Below, in pieces: positions 28,790 to 38,273 of a DNA stretch of 64,000 nt. The position numbers were made by a program, and so were the translations under genes. Source of the stretch: Candidatus Omnitrophota bacterium (GTDB lineage Bacteria; Omnitrophota; Gorgyraeia; Gygaellales; Profunditerraquicolaceae); contig JBAZUE010000001.1 in assembly GCA_041661605.1 (NCBI GenBank), forward strand, positions 414,928 through 478,927, read 5' to 3'. The notes beneath the pieces are model-generated. The model was given only the letters and a program-made list of their open reading frames with translations. It was not told where the DNA came from and made no database searches. Position 1 is the stretch's first letter. Each line of letters begins with the position of its first letter.

Positions 28790-29178
28790 AAAGCAGGCAG
28801 AATAAGCCGGGTTCTGTCTTGATGCGAATCTGCGCATCGATTAGTGGCTATTCCTCTCAATCAGCGCGTTACCGCGCTGACTTTAGCAGCTTACCCGAGA
28901 TTCTCTCCCGCACTTTTGCGGGAAGCGCGCCGGATCAGCGCTCATCTCCTATTCTACATTGCTCCACGCAGAGATTACCGCGTTTCACCTCGCTAGCCTT
29001 ACGGCTGCTACTCGTCTCTGTGGCTCTCCCGTTAAAAAAAATAACGGGCCCTCCACGATTTGTGGCGGGTATCCTCCGTATATCTGCATATACGGGACGG
29101 GGGTTACCCGTTGCGCTATCCTCCGGAGCCCGGACTTTCCTCCCTATTTACATAGGGCAGCCACATTCTGCCTGCTCA
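28790..29178 (-). ncRNA. rnpB: RNase P RNA, bacterial type A
   Basis: The minus strand contains GGGAGGAAAGTCCGGGCTCC (reverse complement of 29125-29144, CR-I/P4) and GACAGAACCCGGCTTAT (reverse complement of 28802-28818, CR-V/P4). A 13-bp P1 forms between GAGCAGGCAGAAT (5' side, about 29177-29165) and ATTCTGCCTGCTT (3' side, about 28803-28791). A P3-like hairpin CCCTATGTAAATAGGG is also present. End coordinates are accurate to within a few nt. Confidence 0.9.
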
Positions 29179-29581
29179 TTATCAAAGTTTCTTTTATTAC
29201 CGCTGTCGCCAATTTATCTGCGCAAGTATTCTTTTCGCGCGGGATATGCGTAACTATGACTTTTTCAAAACCACCCAAAAGACGCACCGCCCGTTCATAT
29301 AAACCTTTTAACCCTTCATGTTTAACTTTATAAATCCCGTTTATCTGCCTGGCCAGGAGCTGGCTGTCTGTATTAATTTCTAAATTCCTGGCTTTTAATA
29401 ACATGGCCTCTTCTAACGCATATATTAAAGCGGTATATTCAGCTACATTATTTGTAGTTTTACCGATATAGTTTGAAATACGCTTAAGCACTTGGCCATC
29501 ACGGTAAATTACGATACCGATACCGCTGTGACCGGGGTTTCCCTTTGAAGCGCCATCGATATAAATCTTCAAACAACTCAT
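29144..29581 (-). CDS. rnhA: Ribonuclease HI family protein
   Basis: KIYIDGASKGNPGHSGIGIVI ... TNNVAEYTALIYALEEA ... TDSQLL ... NTCADKLA contain the DEDD-type RNase H motifs. The ATG at 29581 overlaps the upstream stop (ATGA). The last ~11 codons and the TAG stop lie inside rnpB. Confidence 0.85.
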   Translation of the reverse strand: MSCLKIYIDGASKGNPGHSGIGIVIYRDGQVLKRISNYIGKTTNNVAEYTALIYALEEAMLLKARNLEINTDSQLLARQINGIYKVKHEGLKGLYERAVRLLGGFEKVIVTHIPREKNTCADKLATAVIKETLIMSRQNVAALCK

Positions 29582-30297
29582 TCGGCAATATAAAAAATAC
29601 GGTTGCAAACTTCACAGGTAACGATATGCTCGTACATTTTGATTAAATTAATTACCTGAGGAGGTACTAACATATGGCATCCGCCGCAGGAGTTATCCAA
29701 AACCGTAACTATCGCCAAGCCGTCACGGCTAGAGAGTATCTTTTCATACTCAGCCAGCATTTTAGGGTCTACCCCCGGGGCAATTTGTTTTCTTTGCGCC
29801 TGCAGCTGGTTCAAGCGTTCATCAATCTCTTTTATACGCAGCTCTATATCTTTCTTCTTATCCAGAAAAACCTTCTCCTCTGACTTTAGTTTGATATTCT
29901 CCTGGTCAATCTGCGCTTTTATTTTATCTGAATCCTCAAACGATATAAGGATCTTCTCTTCAATCAAAGAACCGTCAGCCTTGGCATCGGCAATCTGCTG
30001 CAGCATAGTCTGAAATTCTTTGTTGGTTTTTAAAGAATACAGCTGACTTTGCAGTTTTTTTACAGCCTCAGCATTAGTCGCCAGCTCCAGCTCTTTTTCC
30101 TTACGCTGTTTTTGCAGCTCCAAAGAGTTTTTCTCAAGGAGGGACAAATTTTGTTTTTTAGCTTCAAAAGCCTCCTCTATTGCCTTAAATTCCAGAGGTT
30201 TGGATTCTTTTTCATTTTCTAAAGCGTAGATCTGGCTATCTACTTCCTGCAATTTTACCAAACCAATAATCTGTGTTTTTAAATCAACTGCGGCCAA
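29578..30297 (-). CDS. Coiled-coil protein with a C-terminal C4 zinc ribbon (COG1579/DUF164-like)
   Basis: A long heptad-like region is followed by CGGCHMLVPPQVINLIKMYEHIVTCEVCNRIFY. The TTG start at 30297 has GGAGG 4 nt upstream. Confidence 0.7.
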   Translation of the reverse strand: MAAVDLKTQIIGLVKLQEVDSQIYALENEKESKPLEFKAIEEAFEAKKQNLSLLEKNSLELQKQRKEKELELATNAEAVKKLQSQLYSLKTNKEFQTMLQQIADAKADGSLIEEKILISFEDSDKIKAQIDQENIKLKSEEKVFLDKKKDIELRIKEIDERLNQLQAQRKQIAPGVDPKMLAEYEKILSSRDGLAIVTVLDNSCGGCHMLVPPQVINLIKMYEHIVTCEVCNRIFYIAE

Positions 30298-30329
30298 CTT
30301 GCCTCCTGACAGGTTCCTCTAATTAAATT

Positions 30330-30403
30330 TGGGCGATAGAGGACTCGAACCTCTGACATCTACAATGTGAATGTAGCGCTCTAACCAACTGAGCCAATCG
30401 CCC
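30330..30403 (-). tRNA. tRNA-Val (anticodon CAC)
   Basis: The reverse complement reads GGGCGATTGGCTCAGTTGGTTAGAGCGCTACATTCACATTGTAGATGTCAGAGGTTCGAGTCCTCTATCGCCCA. It folds as a cloverleaf with a 7-bp acceptor stem, anticodon loop TTCACAT and a GGTTCGAGTCC T-arm. CCA is not encoded. Confidence 0.95.
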
Positions 30404-30418
30404 ATAACAGATCTCAAC

Positions 30419-30492
30419 TGGGCCCACAGGGACTCGAACCCCGGACCAATTGATTATGAGTCAACTGCTCTAACCGACTGAGCTATGGGCCC
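30419..30492 (-). tRNA. tRNA with CAU anticodon: elongator Met or lysidine-modified Ile2, not the initiator
   Basis: The reverse complement reads GGGCCCATAGCTCAGTCGGTTAGAGCAGTTGACTCATAATCAATTGGTCCGGGGTTCGAGTCCCTGTGGGCCCA. G1-C72 is paired and the anticodon stem has no GGG/CCC, so it is not tRNA-fMet. It resembles the E. coli ileX pattern (GAGCAG..GACTCATAATC..TTGGTC). Confidence 0.9.
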
Positions 30493-30509
30493 TTAAAAAA
30501 TAATACTAT

Positions 30510-30538
30510 ATATTACTATTTTTAGCGGATTTTAGCAA
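30510..30538 (-). promoter_or_regulatory. Putative sigma70-type promoter for the tRNA genes (and possibly the downstream operon)
   Basis: The minus strand reads TTGCTA (30538-30533), a 17-nt spacer, then TAATAT (30515-30510), 17 nt before the tRNA 5' end. Confidence 0.5.
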
Positions 30539-30550
30539 GATAAAAAGGGA

Positions 30551-33280
30551 TTATTTTTCCTTTTTTATAACAGTAAGGAAGTTGTTTACGATCCGGGGAT
30601 CAAACTGAGTCCCTGAGGCTTTTTTAATCATTTCTATGGCTTTGGCCTTAGCAAAAGCCTTATGGTACGGCCGATCGCTGATTAAAGCCTGATAAACATC
30701 GGCAATAGCGATAATCCTGGCCCCAACGGGTATTTCCTCGCCCTTTATGCCGATAGGATAGCCTTTACCATCCCATCTTTCATGATGATAAAAAATAAAC
30801 GGGATTAACGCGTGCAAAAACTGTATAGGGCGGATTATATCTGCTCCGATCTGCGGATGTTTTTTAATCTCGTCAAATTCCTTTTTATTAAGCTTGCCTT
30901 TTTTAAGCAATATGTTTTCGCCAATGCCGATCTTTCCTAAATCATGCAGCATAGCCGCCTGCCTGATCAATTCCACGTCTTCCCTGGGAAGATTTAAGCC
31001 CTTGGCAATTTCTGTCGCGTAATGCACGGTATTTTCAACGTGTTCACCGGTATAGTGATCTTTTAATTCAATAGTTTTAGCAAAAGCGAAGATTGATTCT
31101 GTCAGGCCCTGTTTTGATTTCATGGTAAGCTTATCAATGGTCTTCTTTAAGCTCCTGACCCCGGCTTTCTTAGAAGAGCTGTTTTTCTTGGGCAAATTAT
31201 TCAAGTCTAAAGTAGAATAAGCACGGTTTCCTCCCTGCTCTTTAGCCTTATTAAGTACAGCATTAGCCAAATTGACTAAATCTGTCCCGCTTCTTGCCCT
31301 GTCCTCCGGGAAAGAAACCGCAACCAGGCTTAATTTTAGCCGTACGCTGTGCTTTTTATTCCCAAATTTAATAAAATTCAGGGATTCAAGCAGCCTCTGC
31401 GCCATATTAAAAGCCGCATCCCTGTTTAATCTCGGAGAAATAACCAGGAATTCTTCTCCGGCATAACGGATAAGCGTATCGTAACGGCGTACCATGCGCT
31501 TGAGCTGCCTGGAGAGTTGTTTTAAGACCAGATCACCAAAAGTAATTCCGTAAACGTCATTTATGGATTTGAAATAGTCAATATCGAGCATAATAACCGC
31601 CAAGCTATGAGCAAACCTGCGGGCGCGGTCAAACTCCACTTCAACAGCGTCTTGCAGGTAACGCCGGTTATAAAGACCGGTCTGCGAATCAACAAGCGAA
31701 ATGCTTTTTAATTTTTCGTAGGACTTAAGCAGCTGTTGGTGAAGCTTGCTTTTCTCTAATTCCGCTTTCTTATGCAAAGATACTTCCCGCAGAAGATCAC
31801 CGGTCCTCTCCTCTACAATCTCCTCCAAATGCTCACGGTAACGCCGCAGCCCCTCCTCAATCCTTATTCTTTCGCTTATATCTATATTTACCTCGGCAAC
31901 CAGCCATTCGTCATTTTCATCCTGAAACGGTATAGAAGTTACCGAGATCGGCCGGTTATTCTCTTTGGGTAGCACCTCATGGCTGACTGCAGTTTTTTTT
32001 GTCCTAAAGGCCTTCTCTACCGGGCAACCCGGACAAATGCTATTACGGTCCATAAAATAATCAAAACATTGTTTCTTCTCCCAGGCTCCGTAAATTTTGG
32101 CCCACTCCGGATCAATATAGCGGATGTAATAATTCTTATCGATAATATCCAATCCGGTCTTAGTTGCCCCAAGTATAAACTCAATTTGCTGACGCAATTT
32201 TCTAGCCAGCAACTCCGCAGATTCTTTTGATTTAGCCTCTAATTCCAATTCTTTTGTGCGATGCGCTACTAAAATCTCCAGCTTCTCGCGGTATATCTGT
32301 AATTCAAACTCATATTCTTTATCTTTCGTGATGTCGCGATTACTAGCTCTGCGCCCAAGCAGCACCCCTTTTTTATTATGGATGGGCAGACACACATGGC
32401 TAATCCAGCGGATCTGGCCGTCCCGATTAATTATGCGGAAATCCAATTCCAGTTTGGAGCAGCTGTCGACTGCTTCATTTGCTTTCTTACGCAGATTTTC
32501 AATATCCTCCCGGTGCACGATCTTTTCAATCAATTCAGGGTCATTCATAAAATCATCTTGTGAATACCCTGTAATACGCTGGCATGAAGGAGAAACATAA
32601 ATCATTTTATTGTCCGGACCCTGCCAATATTCCCAGTCATATGTAAAATCAGCTACGGTACGGAATCTCTCCTCGCTTACGCGCAGCTCTTCTTCAATTC
32701 TTACGCGGTCTTTTATCTCTTTACGCAAGTTCTCGTTAAGGCTAGTCAACTCCGCTGTCCTGACCTTGACCCTTATCTCAAGCTCGGAACGAACATCATT
32801 TTGCCTTTCTTCTTCTTTCTTGCGCTGAGTGATATCCCTGGCTATGCCGGTGGTGCCGATTACATTTCCTTGATCGTCAAAAATCGGCGTTTTAACAGTC
32901 TCTATCCAGGTTTCACCGTATTGCTTACTAACCAGCCTCTCCTCAATACATTTACGCTTCTTGCTATTCATCACTTCGCGGTCATCAGCGCGGTAACTCT
33001 CCGCCAAATCCTCAGGCCAAAGGTCAAAATCAGTCTTTCCTACAATCTCATCAGCCCTAAAGCCGCAAGATTCGGCAAAAGCTTCATTAACCACGATAAA
33101 CCTGCTATCGGTATCTTTAAGCCAGGCGATATCCGGGATGTTATTCAAAATCGCTTTCTGCTGAAGCTGCGTATTACGCAGTTTCATAACCGCCAACTCC
33201 GGGTTATCTTTAAGATTCTTGAGCTTATTAAGCTCATCCCGGTTTAATTTAATCTGATCTTTCTGCTGTTGATTTTCCAT
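30551..33280 (-). CDS. Multidomain c-di-GMP signalling protein: tandem PAS domains, a GGDEF domain (AGEEF variant) and an HD-GYP phosphodiesterase domain
   Basis: Several PAS-like segments interspersed with coiled coils. GGDEF region LYNRRYL...DIDYFKSINDVYG...RRYDTLIRYAGEEFLVI. HD-GYP region HVENTVHYA...MLHDLGKIGI...HHERWDGKGYPIG. Confidence 0.85.
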   Translation of the reverse strand: MENQQQKDQIKLNRDELNKLKNLKDNPELAVMKLRNTQLQQKAILNNIPDIAWLKDTDSRFIVVNEAFAESCGFRADEIVGKTDFDLWPEDLAESYRADDREVMNSKKRKCIEERLVSKQYGETWIETVKTPIFDDQGNVIGTTGIARDITQRKKEEERQNDVRSELEIRVKVRTAELTSLNENLRKEIKDRVRIEEELRVSEERFRTVADFTYDWEYWQGPDNKMIYVSPSCQRITGYSQDDFMNDPELIEKIVHREDIENLRKKANEAVDSCSKLELDFRIINRDGQIRWISHVCLPIHNKKGVLLGRRASNRDITKDKEYEFELQIYREKLEILVAHRTKELELEAKSKESAELLARKLRQQIEFILGATKTGLDIIDKNYYIRYIDPEWAKIYGAWEKKQCFDYFMDRNSICPGCPVEKAFRTKKTAVSHEVLPKENNRPISVTSIPFQDENDEWLVAEVNIDISERIRIEEGLRRYREHLEEIVEERTGDLLREVSLHKKAELEKSKLHQQLLKSYEKLKSISLVDSQTGLYNRRYLQDAVEVEFDRARRFAHSLAVIMLDIDYFKSINDVYGITFGDLVLKQLSRQLKRMVRRYDTLIRYAGEEFLVISPRLNRDAAFNMAQRLLESLNFIKFGNKKHSVRLKLSLVAVSFPEDRARSGTDLVNLANAVLNKAKEQGGNRAYSTLDLNNLPKKNSSSKKAGVRSLKKTIDKLTMKSKQGLTESIFAFAKTIELKDHYTGEHVENTVHYATEIAKGLNLPREDVELIRQAAMLHDLGKIGIGENILLKKGKLNKKEFDEIKKHPQIGADIIRPIQFLHALIPFIFYHHERWDGKGYPIGIKGEEIPVGARIIAIADVYQALISDRPYHKAFAKAKAIEMIKKASGTQFDPRIVNNFLTVIKKEK

Positions 33281-33290
33281 ATTTAGCCAA

Positions 33291-33333
33291 CCAAATAAAA
33301 AAAGCAGCCATCCAATGAAGAAAGGCTGCTTTT
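33291..33333 (-). terminator. Rho-independent terminator downstream of rpoD
   Basis: The minus strand reads AAAAGCAGCC-(14-nt loop)-GGCTGCTTTT followed by TTTATTTGG, about 70 nt after the rpoD stop. Confidence 0.7.
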
Positions 33334-33402
33334 AATTTTATAAATTTGAGCAGACATTATTCATCCCCGCCTTTTAGAGCAAGGACCCCATTTGTGAAAG
33401 TA

Positions 33403-34956
33403 TTAATACTCCCTCTGATGCGCTAAAGTCATGTCCATAAAAGTACGCAATCTGCGCGAACGCGAAGGATGGCGCAGTTTCTTTAACGCCTTGGCCTCAA
33501 TTTGCCTGACCCTTTCACGGGTAACTTTAAAAACATTACCTACTTCTTCCAGGGTGCGGGAAGATCCATCTTGAATGCCAAAACGCAGGATGAGTATTTT
33601 TTTCTCTCTTTCCGTTAATGTGCTCAAAGCGGAGTTCATCTCATCTTTTAGCATCGAACGCACAGTTTCATTTGCCGGAGAGACCGCTTTTTTATCCTGG
33701 ATAAAGTCGCCAAAATGCGTATCGCCTTCATCACCTATAGGCATCTGTAAAGATATAGGCTCCTGGGCGATCTTCAATATGGATTTTATCTTACCCTGCG
33801 GGAAACGCATTTTATGCGCGATCTCCTCAGGGGTAGGCTCACGGCCATTCTTCTGCACAAAGACCCTGGAAAAACGGATTATTTTATTTATCGTCTCGGT
33901 CATATGCACGGGTATCCTGATCGTACGCGCCTGATCGGCGATCGAACGGGTAATCGCCTGGCGGATCCACCAGGTAGCATAGGTTGAGAATTTGTAACCG
34001 CGCTTATATTCAAATTTCTCCACGGCGCGCATAAGGCCGATATTGCCTTCCTGGATTAAATCAAGAAAAGATAGCCCACGGTTAGTATATTTCTTGGCGA
34101 TACTTACAACCAGCCGCAGGTTTGCTTCCACTAATTTCTTTTTTGTGCGGCTAAACTTAAGATGGGCAGATTTAATCAATTTCATCTGCTCTTTGATCTT
34201 ACTGTACGGCTCGGCGATCTCTTTAAGTATCTGGGATTTACGCTCCTTATCAGCCCTGCCGGAACGTTTTATATGCTCCAGCTCCTTAAGCAAAGCACTT
34301 AGCTTACGCACAGCAGCTTCAATTACGGAAGTGGTAAAATTAAGCTGCAATATAAGGTTGATGATATTACCCTCACTGCGCGAATGTTTGGCCTTTGCCA
34401 GGAAACGCTTGAACCTGCCGATAACATTATTTTTCTTTATTTTAATGTCTTCTTTGACTACCTCTTCCATGTTGATTTTATCTTCCAGAATGTCGTTAGC
34501 AACAGCTAATACCTCATTCCTGGCAAACTTAGTAGCCAGGACCACGCGTTTAAATTTATCTTCGGCATCTTCGATCTTCTTGGCCAATTCAATTTCATTT
34601 TCACGGCTCAAAAGAGAAATAGACCCCATCTGCTTTAAATACATCTTTACCGGGTCATCCAGGGGCATAAAACGCTCTTCGCTTTTAAGCTGCTCGGTTA
34701 ACAATTCATCCCGGGCCTGAGCCAATGTTTGTTTATCCTGCTGCGCCCTGTTCACCGATAAACCGGCGTCAGTCTCCCCCTCAACTACCTGGATATCCTC
34801 ATTACCCAGCAGCTCAAAAAGATGGTCAATGGCTACCGTGCTTGAGAGGTCCTCGGGCAGAAGATCATTTACTTCATCATAAGTAAGAAACCCCTTGCGC
34901 TTACCCAGGGCAATTAACTTCTCCATATCTTTAGTAGGCTGTTCTTTTTTCTTCAT
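33403..34956 (-). CDS. rpoD: RNA polymerase sigma factor RpoD (sigma70)
   Basis: Regions 1.1-4.2 are present: [61 protein letters not shown] ... [24 protein letters not shown]. Confidence 0.95.
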   Translation of the reverse strand: MKKKEQPTKDMEKLIALGKRKGFLTYDEVNDLLPEDLSSTVAIDHLFELLGNEDIQVVEGETDAGLSVNRAQQDKQTLAQARDELLTEQLKSEERFMPLDDPVKMYLKQMGSISLLSRENEIELAKKIEDAEDKFKRVVLATKFARNEVLAVANDILEDKINMEEVVKEDIKIKKNNVIGRFKRFLAKAKHSRSEGNIINLILQLNFTTSVIEAAVRKLSALLKELEHIKRSGRADKERKSQILKEIAEPYSKIKEQMKLIKSAHLKFSRTKKKLVEANLRLVVSIAKKYTNRGLSFLDLIQEGNIGLMRAVEKFEYKRGYKFSTYATWWIRQAITRSIADQARTIRIPVHMTETINKIIRFSRVFVQKNGREPTPEEIAHKMRFPQGKIKSILKIAQEPISLQMPIGDEGDTHFGDFIQDKKAVSPANETVRSMLKDEMNSALSTLTEREKKILILRFGIQDGSSRTLEEVGNVFKVTRERVRQIEAKALKKLRHPSRSRRLRTFMDMTLAHQREY

Positions 34957-34958
34957 CC

Positions 34959-36725
34959 TTAGTCGCCTTTCTTTATTAGATTATGAAATTCTTTGATAAG
35001 ACTGTTCAACTTTTGCTCATCACCCAAAGATTGGGCGCTTTGTATCTGTATATGCAAGTGCTCTCTCTGGGATTTCAATCTTTGCACTTTAACACGCGTA
35101 ATACAGTCGTTGACGGCTTTTTCCCTATCCTGATCCAGCAGCTCTGGCATAAACATAGATTCACAAACCAGCTGGCTGGCGTCATCTTCGCTGAAATAAT
35201 TCATCAAAATACTGGGCTCTATTTTCTTGCCGCGGGTAAACAAATCATGCATGACCGAGACGACTTTGGCGGTACGCAGGTCGGCAAAATCAGCAGGAGA
35301 AAGCTCCTGCATAATCTTTTCAATTAACTCTTTTTCTTCAAGCATGAATTTAATCAAAAGCTTTTCCGCCGGATTTATCCCTGAAGAGGCCTTCTTGACG
35401 TTTAAACCTTCTTCTGAGCGGACGGCAGGGTTTGGCTTCAATTTATTCAACTCTTCAAGGATATAATGTTCCGGTATCTTAATCTCCTCTGAAAGCCGTC
35501 TTATATACTCGCTTCTAAGAATAGCATTCTCAAACTTATTGATGGTAGAGAGCATCTCGGAAGCTATCCGGCTTTTGCCATGGGCATCCTTTATATTATG
35601 ACGGCATTTTAATACTTCAAGTTTATAGTCAAAGAGGGTTTTGGCATCCTTAAGTTTAGCCTTCAGGCTGTCAATCCCCTCCTGGCGAACCAGGGTATCA
35701 GGATCCATACCTTTCGGAAGAGGAACAACCTTCACATTCACACCTTCTTCAATAAGTATATCCAGGCTTCTTAAAGTAGCTATTTCACCGGCAGTATCCC
35801 CATCATAGATCATTACCACATTATGAGTGTAACGCTTAAGCAGCCTGATTTGTTCCAAAGTAAGGGCGGTCCCCTGTGAAGCCACGATATTGCAGAGCCC
35901 CTCCTGGTAAGGAATCATAAAATCCAGGTAACCTTCCACAATTATCGCAAAATCGTTGTCCCGTATGTAATCTTTTGATAAATGCAAACCAAAAAGATTC
36001 TTACCTTTGACATAAACCGGAGTCTCCGGTGAGTTAATATACTTAGGCAGAGTTTTATCCATTACCCTGGCGCCAAAACCAATTACGCGGCTGCGGACAT
36101 CGCGAATCGGGAAAATGATACGGTTACGGAAACGATCATAGTAGCCTCCGGCGTCTTTAGGTAAAATCAATCCGGCCTTTTCCATCAAAGAAAGACTAAT
36201 GCCCTTTGATCTCAGGTAGTTAATCAAGCTATCCCAGCCTGAAGATGCCAGCCCCAGATGAAAATCTTTGATTGTCTGGCTCTTGAGACCTCTATTCAGA
36301 AGATAATTGCGGCAGGTTGATGCTTCGTAAGCCTGGAGATTATTTTCATAAAAGCTCGCCGCCAATTCATTAATTTTAGCAAGTTGGCTGGTTAAACTAA
36401 CCTGCCTGGTCATATCCGGATTATTTTGTTCAGGCAGGATAACCCCCGATTTTTTTGCCAGTATCTCAACGGCCTCGGGGAATTCCATCCTTTCATGGCG
36501 CATCAAGAATTTAAAAGCATTCCCTGATTCCCCGCAGCCAAAACAATGGTAAATCTGACGGTCCGGAGAAACTGTAAAAGAAGGGGTCTTCTCATGATGA
36601 AACGGGCAATTAGCCTTAAAATTCCGCCCTGCCTTCTTAAGCGGAATATAACCGGAAATAATCTCAACAATATCGACCCGGCTGAGAATATCTTCCAATA
36701 AATTTTCAGGTATGCGCGCAGACAT
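34959..36725 (-). CDS. dnaG: DNA primase
   Basis: Zinc finger [26 protein letters not shown], a Toprim domain (IVEGYLD...YDGDTAG). The start is set at the ATG at 36725 (AAGGAG upstream), 1 nt after the stop of the upstream gene. Confidence 0.95.
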   Translation of the reverse strand: MSARIPENLLEDILSRVDIVEIISGYIPLKKAGRNFKANCPFHHEKTPSFTVSPDRQIYHCFGCGESGNAFKFLMRHERMEFPEAVEILAKKSGVILPEQNNPDMTRQVSLTSQLAKINELAASFYENNLQAYEASTCRNYLLNRGLKSQTIKDFHLGLASSGWDSLINYLRSKGISLSLMEKAGLILPKDAGGYYDRFRNRIIFPIRDVRSRVIGFGARVMDKTLPKYINSPETPVYVKGKNLFGLHLSKDYIRDNDFAIIVEGYLDFMIPYQEGLCNIVASQGTALTLEQIRLLKRYTHNVVMIYDGDTAGEIATLRSLDILIEEGVNVKVVPLPKGMDPDTLVRQEGIDSLKAKLKDAKTLFDYKLEVLKCRHNIKDAHGKSRIASEMLSTINKFENAILRSEYIRRLSEEIKIPEHYILEELNKLKPNPAVRSEEGLNVKKASSGINPAEKLLIKFMLEEKELIEKIMQELSPADFADLRTAKVVSVMHDLFTRGKKIEPSILMNYFSEDDASQLVCESMFMPELLDQDREKAVNDCITRVKVQRLKSQREHLHIQIQSAQSLGDEQKLNSLIKEFHNLIKKGD

Positions 36726-36726
36726 C

Positions 36727-37611
36727 TTAACTCCTTCTAATCCTGGTAAAACCGGAACAAGCAATCACCTGGAATTTTTGTTTTGCGGCCCTCTCTATAT
36801 TATCCAATAACAAATTCAACCCCAAGGTATCGCTGGATATGTGCCCTGCGACAACAACATTAAGGTTGGCGTCCTTAACTTTCTTAAGATACTCTTCGCT
36901 TAAATGCATAGAAACCAAGGTCCTGACTCCGGCCTTATATAACCTGCCAAAAACATCTTTTGAGCCTTCTGTACCGCCAGTCATTTCAAGCAGGATCTTG
37001 CCTACGGGCCTTTTTGCGTTTCCCAGAATTATGCGCGGCCCGGTTTTGAATTTACCGGCAATTCGATACTCAGGGATAGTTTTTAAAATATCAACTACAT
37101 CCCCGACCAATTTAGGAGTAGTGGCCTTCTGTTTAAAAAGTTTGTCTAAAAAACTATATACATGGTTATCTGCCGGAGTATGCATATTCATAAAAGGCAT
37201 ATTTAACAGTCTGGCAGCATCCACCGGGCGGGTATGATTTTGAGGCAATATCCTGCGTTCTACCTCCAGCATTCTTTCCTCAAGAAGCCTGGCAGCTGTT
37301 TTATAAGCCATGCCGGCCTGGCTTAGTAAATCCACCTGCAGCCTCATGACCTCATGCAATCCAGCATATGCCTTTCCCTCAGGGTGATGGGCAATTACCA
37401 AATCCAATCCTTCTTTTTCGCGGATGCGCTCGGCCAGCATAAGCTCGGCAACCTCAATGTCAATACCCACCATAACTTTATTTACTTCCGTGGCGAAACT
37501 TCCAAAAAGAATCGCCGAATCCGGAAAAGAAACAATTTTACGCTTATCTTTGCGCGGATCAGCAGCCCGTCCAAAACGGACCGCTTGTTTGTAAAAATCA
37601 ATTAGTTTCAT
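36727..37611 (-). CDS. NIF3 (DUF34)-like dinuclear-metal-centre family protein
   Basis: DLVIAHHPE, NMHTPADN and AGHISSDTLG motifs resemble the metal-ligand positions of the NIF3/YbgI family. The N-terminal region is atypical. Confidence 0.6.
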   Translation of the reverse strand: MKLIDFYKQAVRFGRAADPRKDKRKIVSFPDSAILFGSFATEVNKVMVGIDIEVAELMLAERIREKEGLDLVIAHHPEGKAYAGLHEVMRLQVDLLSQAGMAYKTAARLLEERMLEVERRILPQNHTRPVDAARLLNMPFMNMHTPADNHVYSFLDKLFKQKATTPKLVGDVVDILKTIPEYRIAGKFKTGPRIILGNAKRPVGKILLEMTGGTEGSKDVFGRLYKAGVRTLVSMHLSEEYLKKVKDANLNVVVAGHISSDTLGLNLLLDNIERAAKQKFQVIACSGFTRIRRS

Positions 37612-38189
37612 TTTTGAGCAAGATTATCGCTGGTTTCACGTACAACAGAGTTAGATTTTTCCTGCGGGAAGAATTTAGAAAAGATGCTCTCCCAAATCCA
37701 ATTATATGTTTGAGAAGAAATTGAAATTCCCCTGCTGCCTAAAGAAGAATGCTTAACCGAGCTGGTAAGATAGCCTACATTTGAGATCATCAACACATAA
37801 ATTAATAAGCCTATGGTAAAATACCCGCGTGCCAGACCTAAAAGAAGCCCTCCGTATTTATTAAGCTTGGGGGCAGCCTCCATTTTCATAAAACGGCAAA
37901 AAGCGACGCGTAAAAACGCCAAAGCAGTATAACCTACGCATGCCAAAAGGATAAAAATTACAAAATTCACAAACTCCAGGGATATACCCTCCGGAACATA
38001 ACGAAGCTTAACTATATGCGAGAAAGAAGTATAAAAATGAGAAGATATATATATTGCGGATAATACACCCAGGAGCTTAAATAGCTCCATAGCTAAACCG
38101 TCTTTAAGAGCAATATAACATATTCTAAATAATATAATTAGAATAATAATGTCCAGAAAATTGAAGTGACGAAAAACAGCGGAATCCAC
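37608..38189 (-). CDS. CvpA family membrane protein
   Basis: FNFLDIIILIILFRICYIALKDGLAMELFKLLGVLSAIYIS and a 4-TM pattern. GTG start with AGGAG 6 nt upstream. Confidence 0.7.
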   Translation of the reverse strand: MDSAVFRHFNFLDIIILIILFRICYIALKDGLAMELFKLLGVLSAIYISSHFYTSFSHIVKLRYVPEGISLEFVNFVIFILLACVGYTALAFLRVAFCRFMKMEAAPKLNKYGGLLLGLARGYFTIGLLIYVLMISNVGYLTSSVKHSSLGSRGISISSQTYNWIWESIFSKFFPQEKSNSVVRETSDNLAQK

Positions 38190-38218
38190 AATATTCTCCT
38201 ATGGTTGGATTATCAAGA

Positions 38219-38248
38219 AGTATAACATATATTCGGCTGGCTTGTCAA
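38219..38248 (-). promoter_or_regulatory. Putative sigma70 promoter upstream of the cvpA-like gene
   Basis: The minus strand reads TTGACA (38248-38243), an 18-nt spacer ending in TGT, then TATACT (38224-38219). Confidence 0.4.
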
Positions 38249-38273
38249 GGAAGGGGCCTGGCTTTAGGCGCCT

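Noticed and set aside
28738-28860. 41-codon N-terminal extension of the YebC-family ORF (track start 28860)
   Set aside because: The extension overlaps the 3' part of rnpB. The family N-terminus MSGHSKW starts at 28737 with AAGGAGGAA upstream.
28819-29333. Plus-strand ORFs of 144 aa (28819-29253) and 124 aa (28959-29333)
   Set aside because: They lie antisense over the RNase P RNA gene, whose conserved CR-I and CR-V sequences and P1 pairing explain this otherwise non-coding stretch. No SD and no recognisable protein motifs.
30330-30492. tRNA genes as a possible integration hotspot for a genomic island
   Set aside because: No integrase and no duplicated tRNA 3' end are seen. Both flanks are housekeeping or signalling genes in continuous operon-like packing.
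34043-34720. 225-aa plus-strand ORF
   Set aside because: It is antisense to the highly conserved rpoD coding sequence. The Ser/Leu/Arg-rich low-complexity translation is typical of shadow ORFs.
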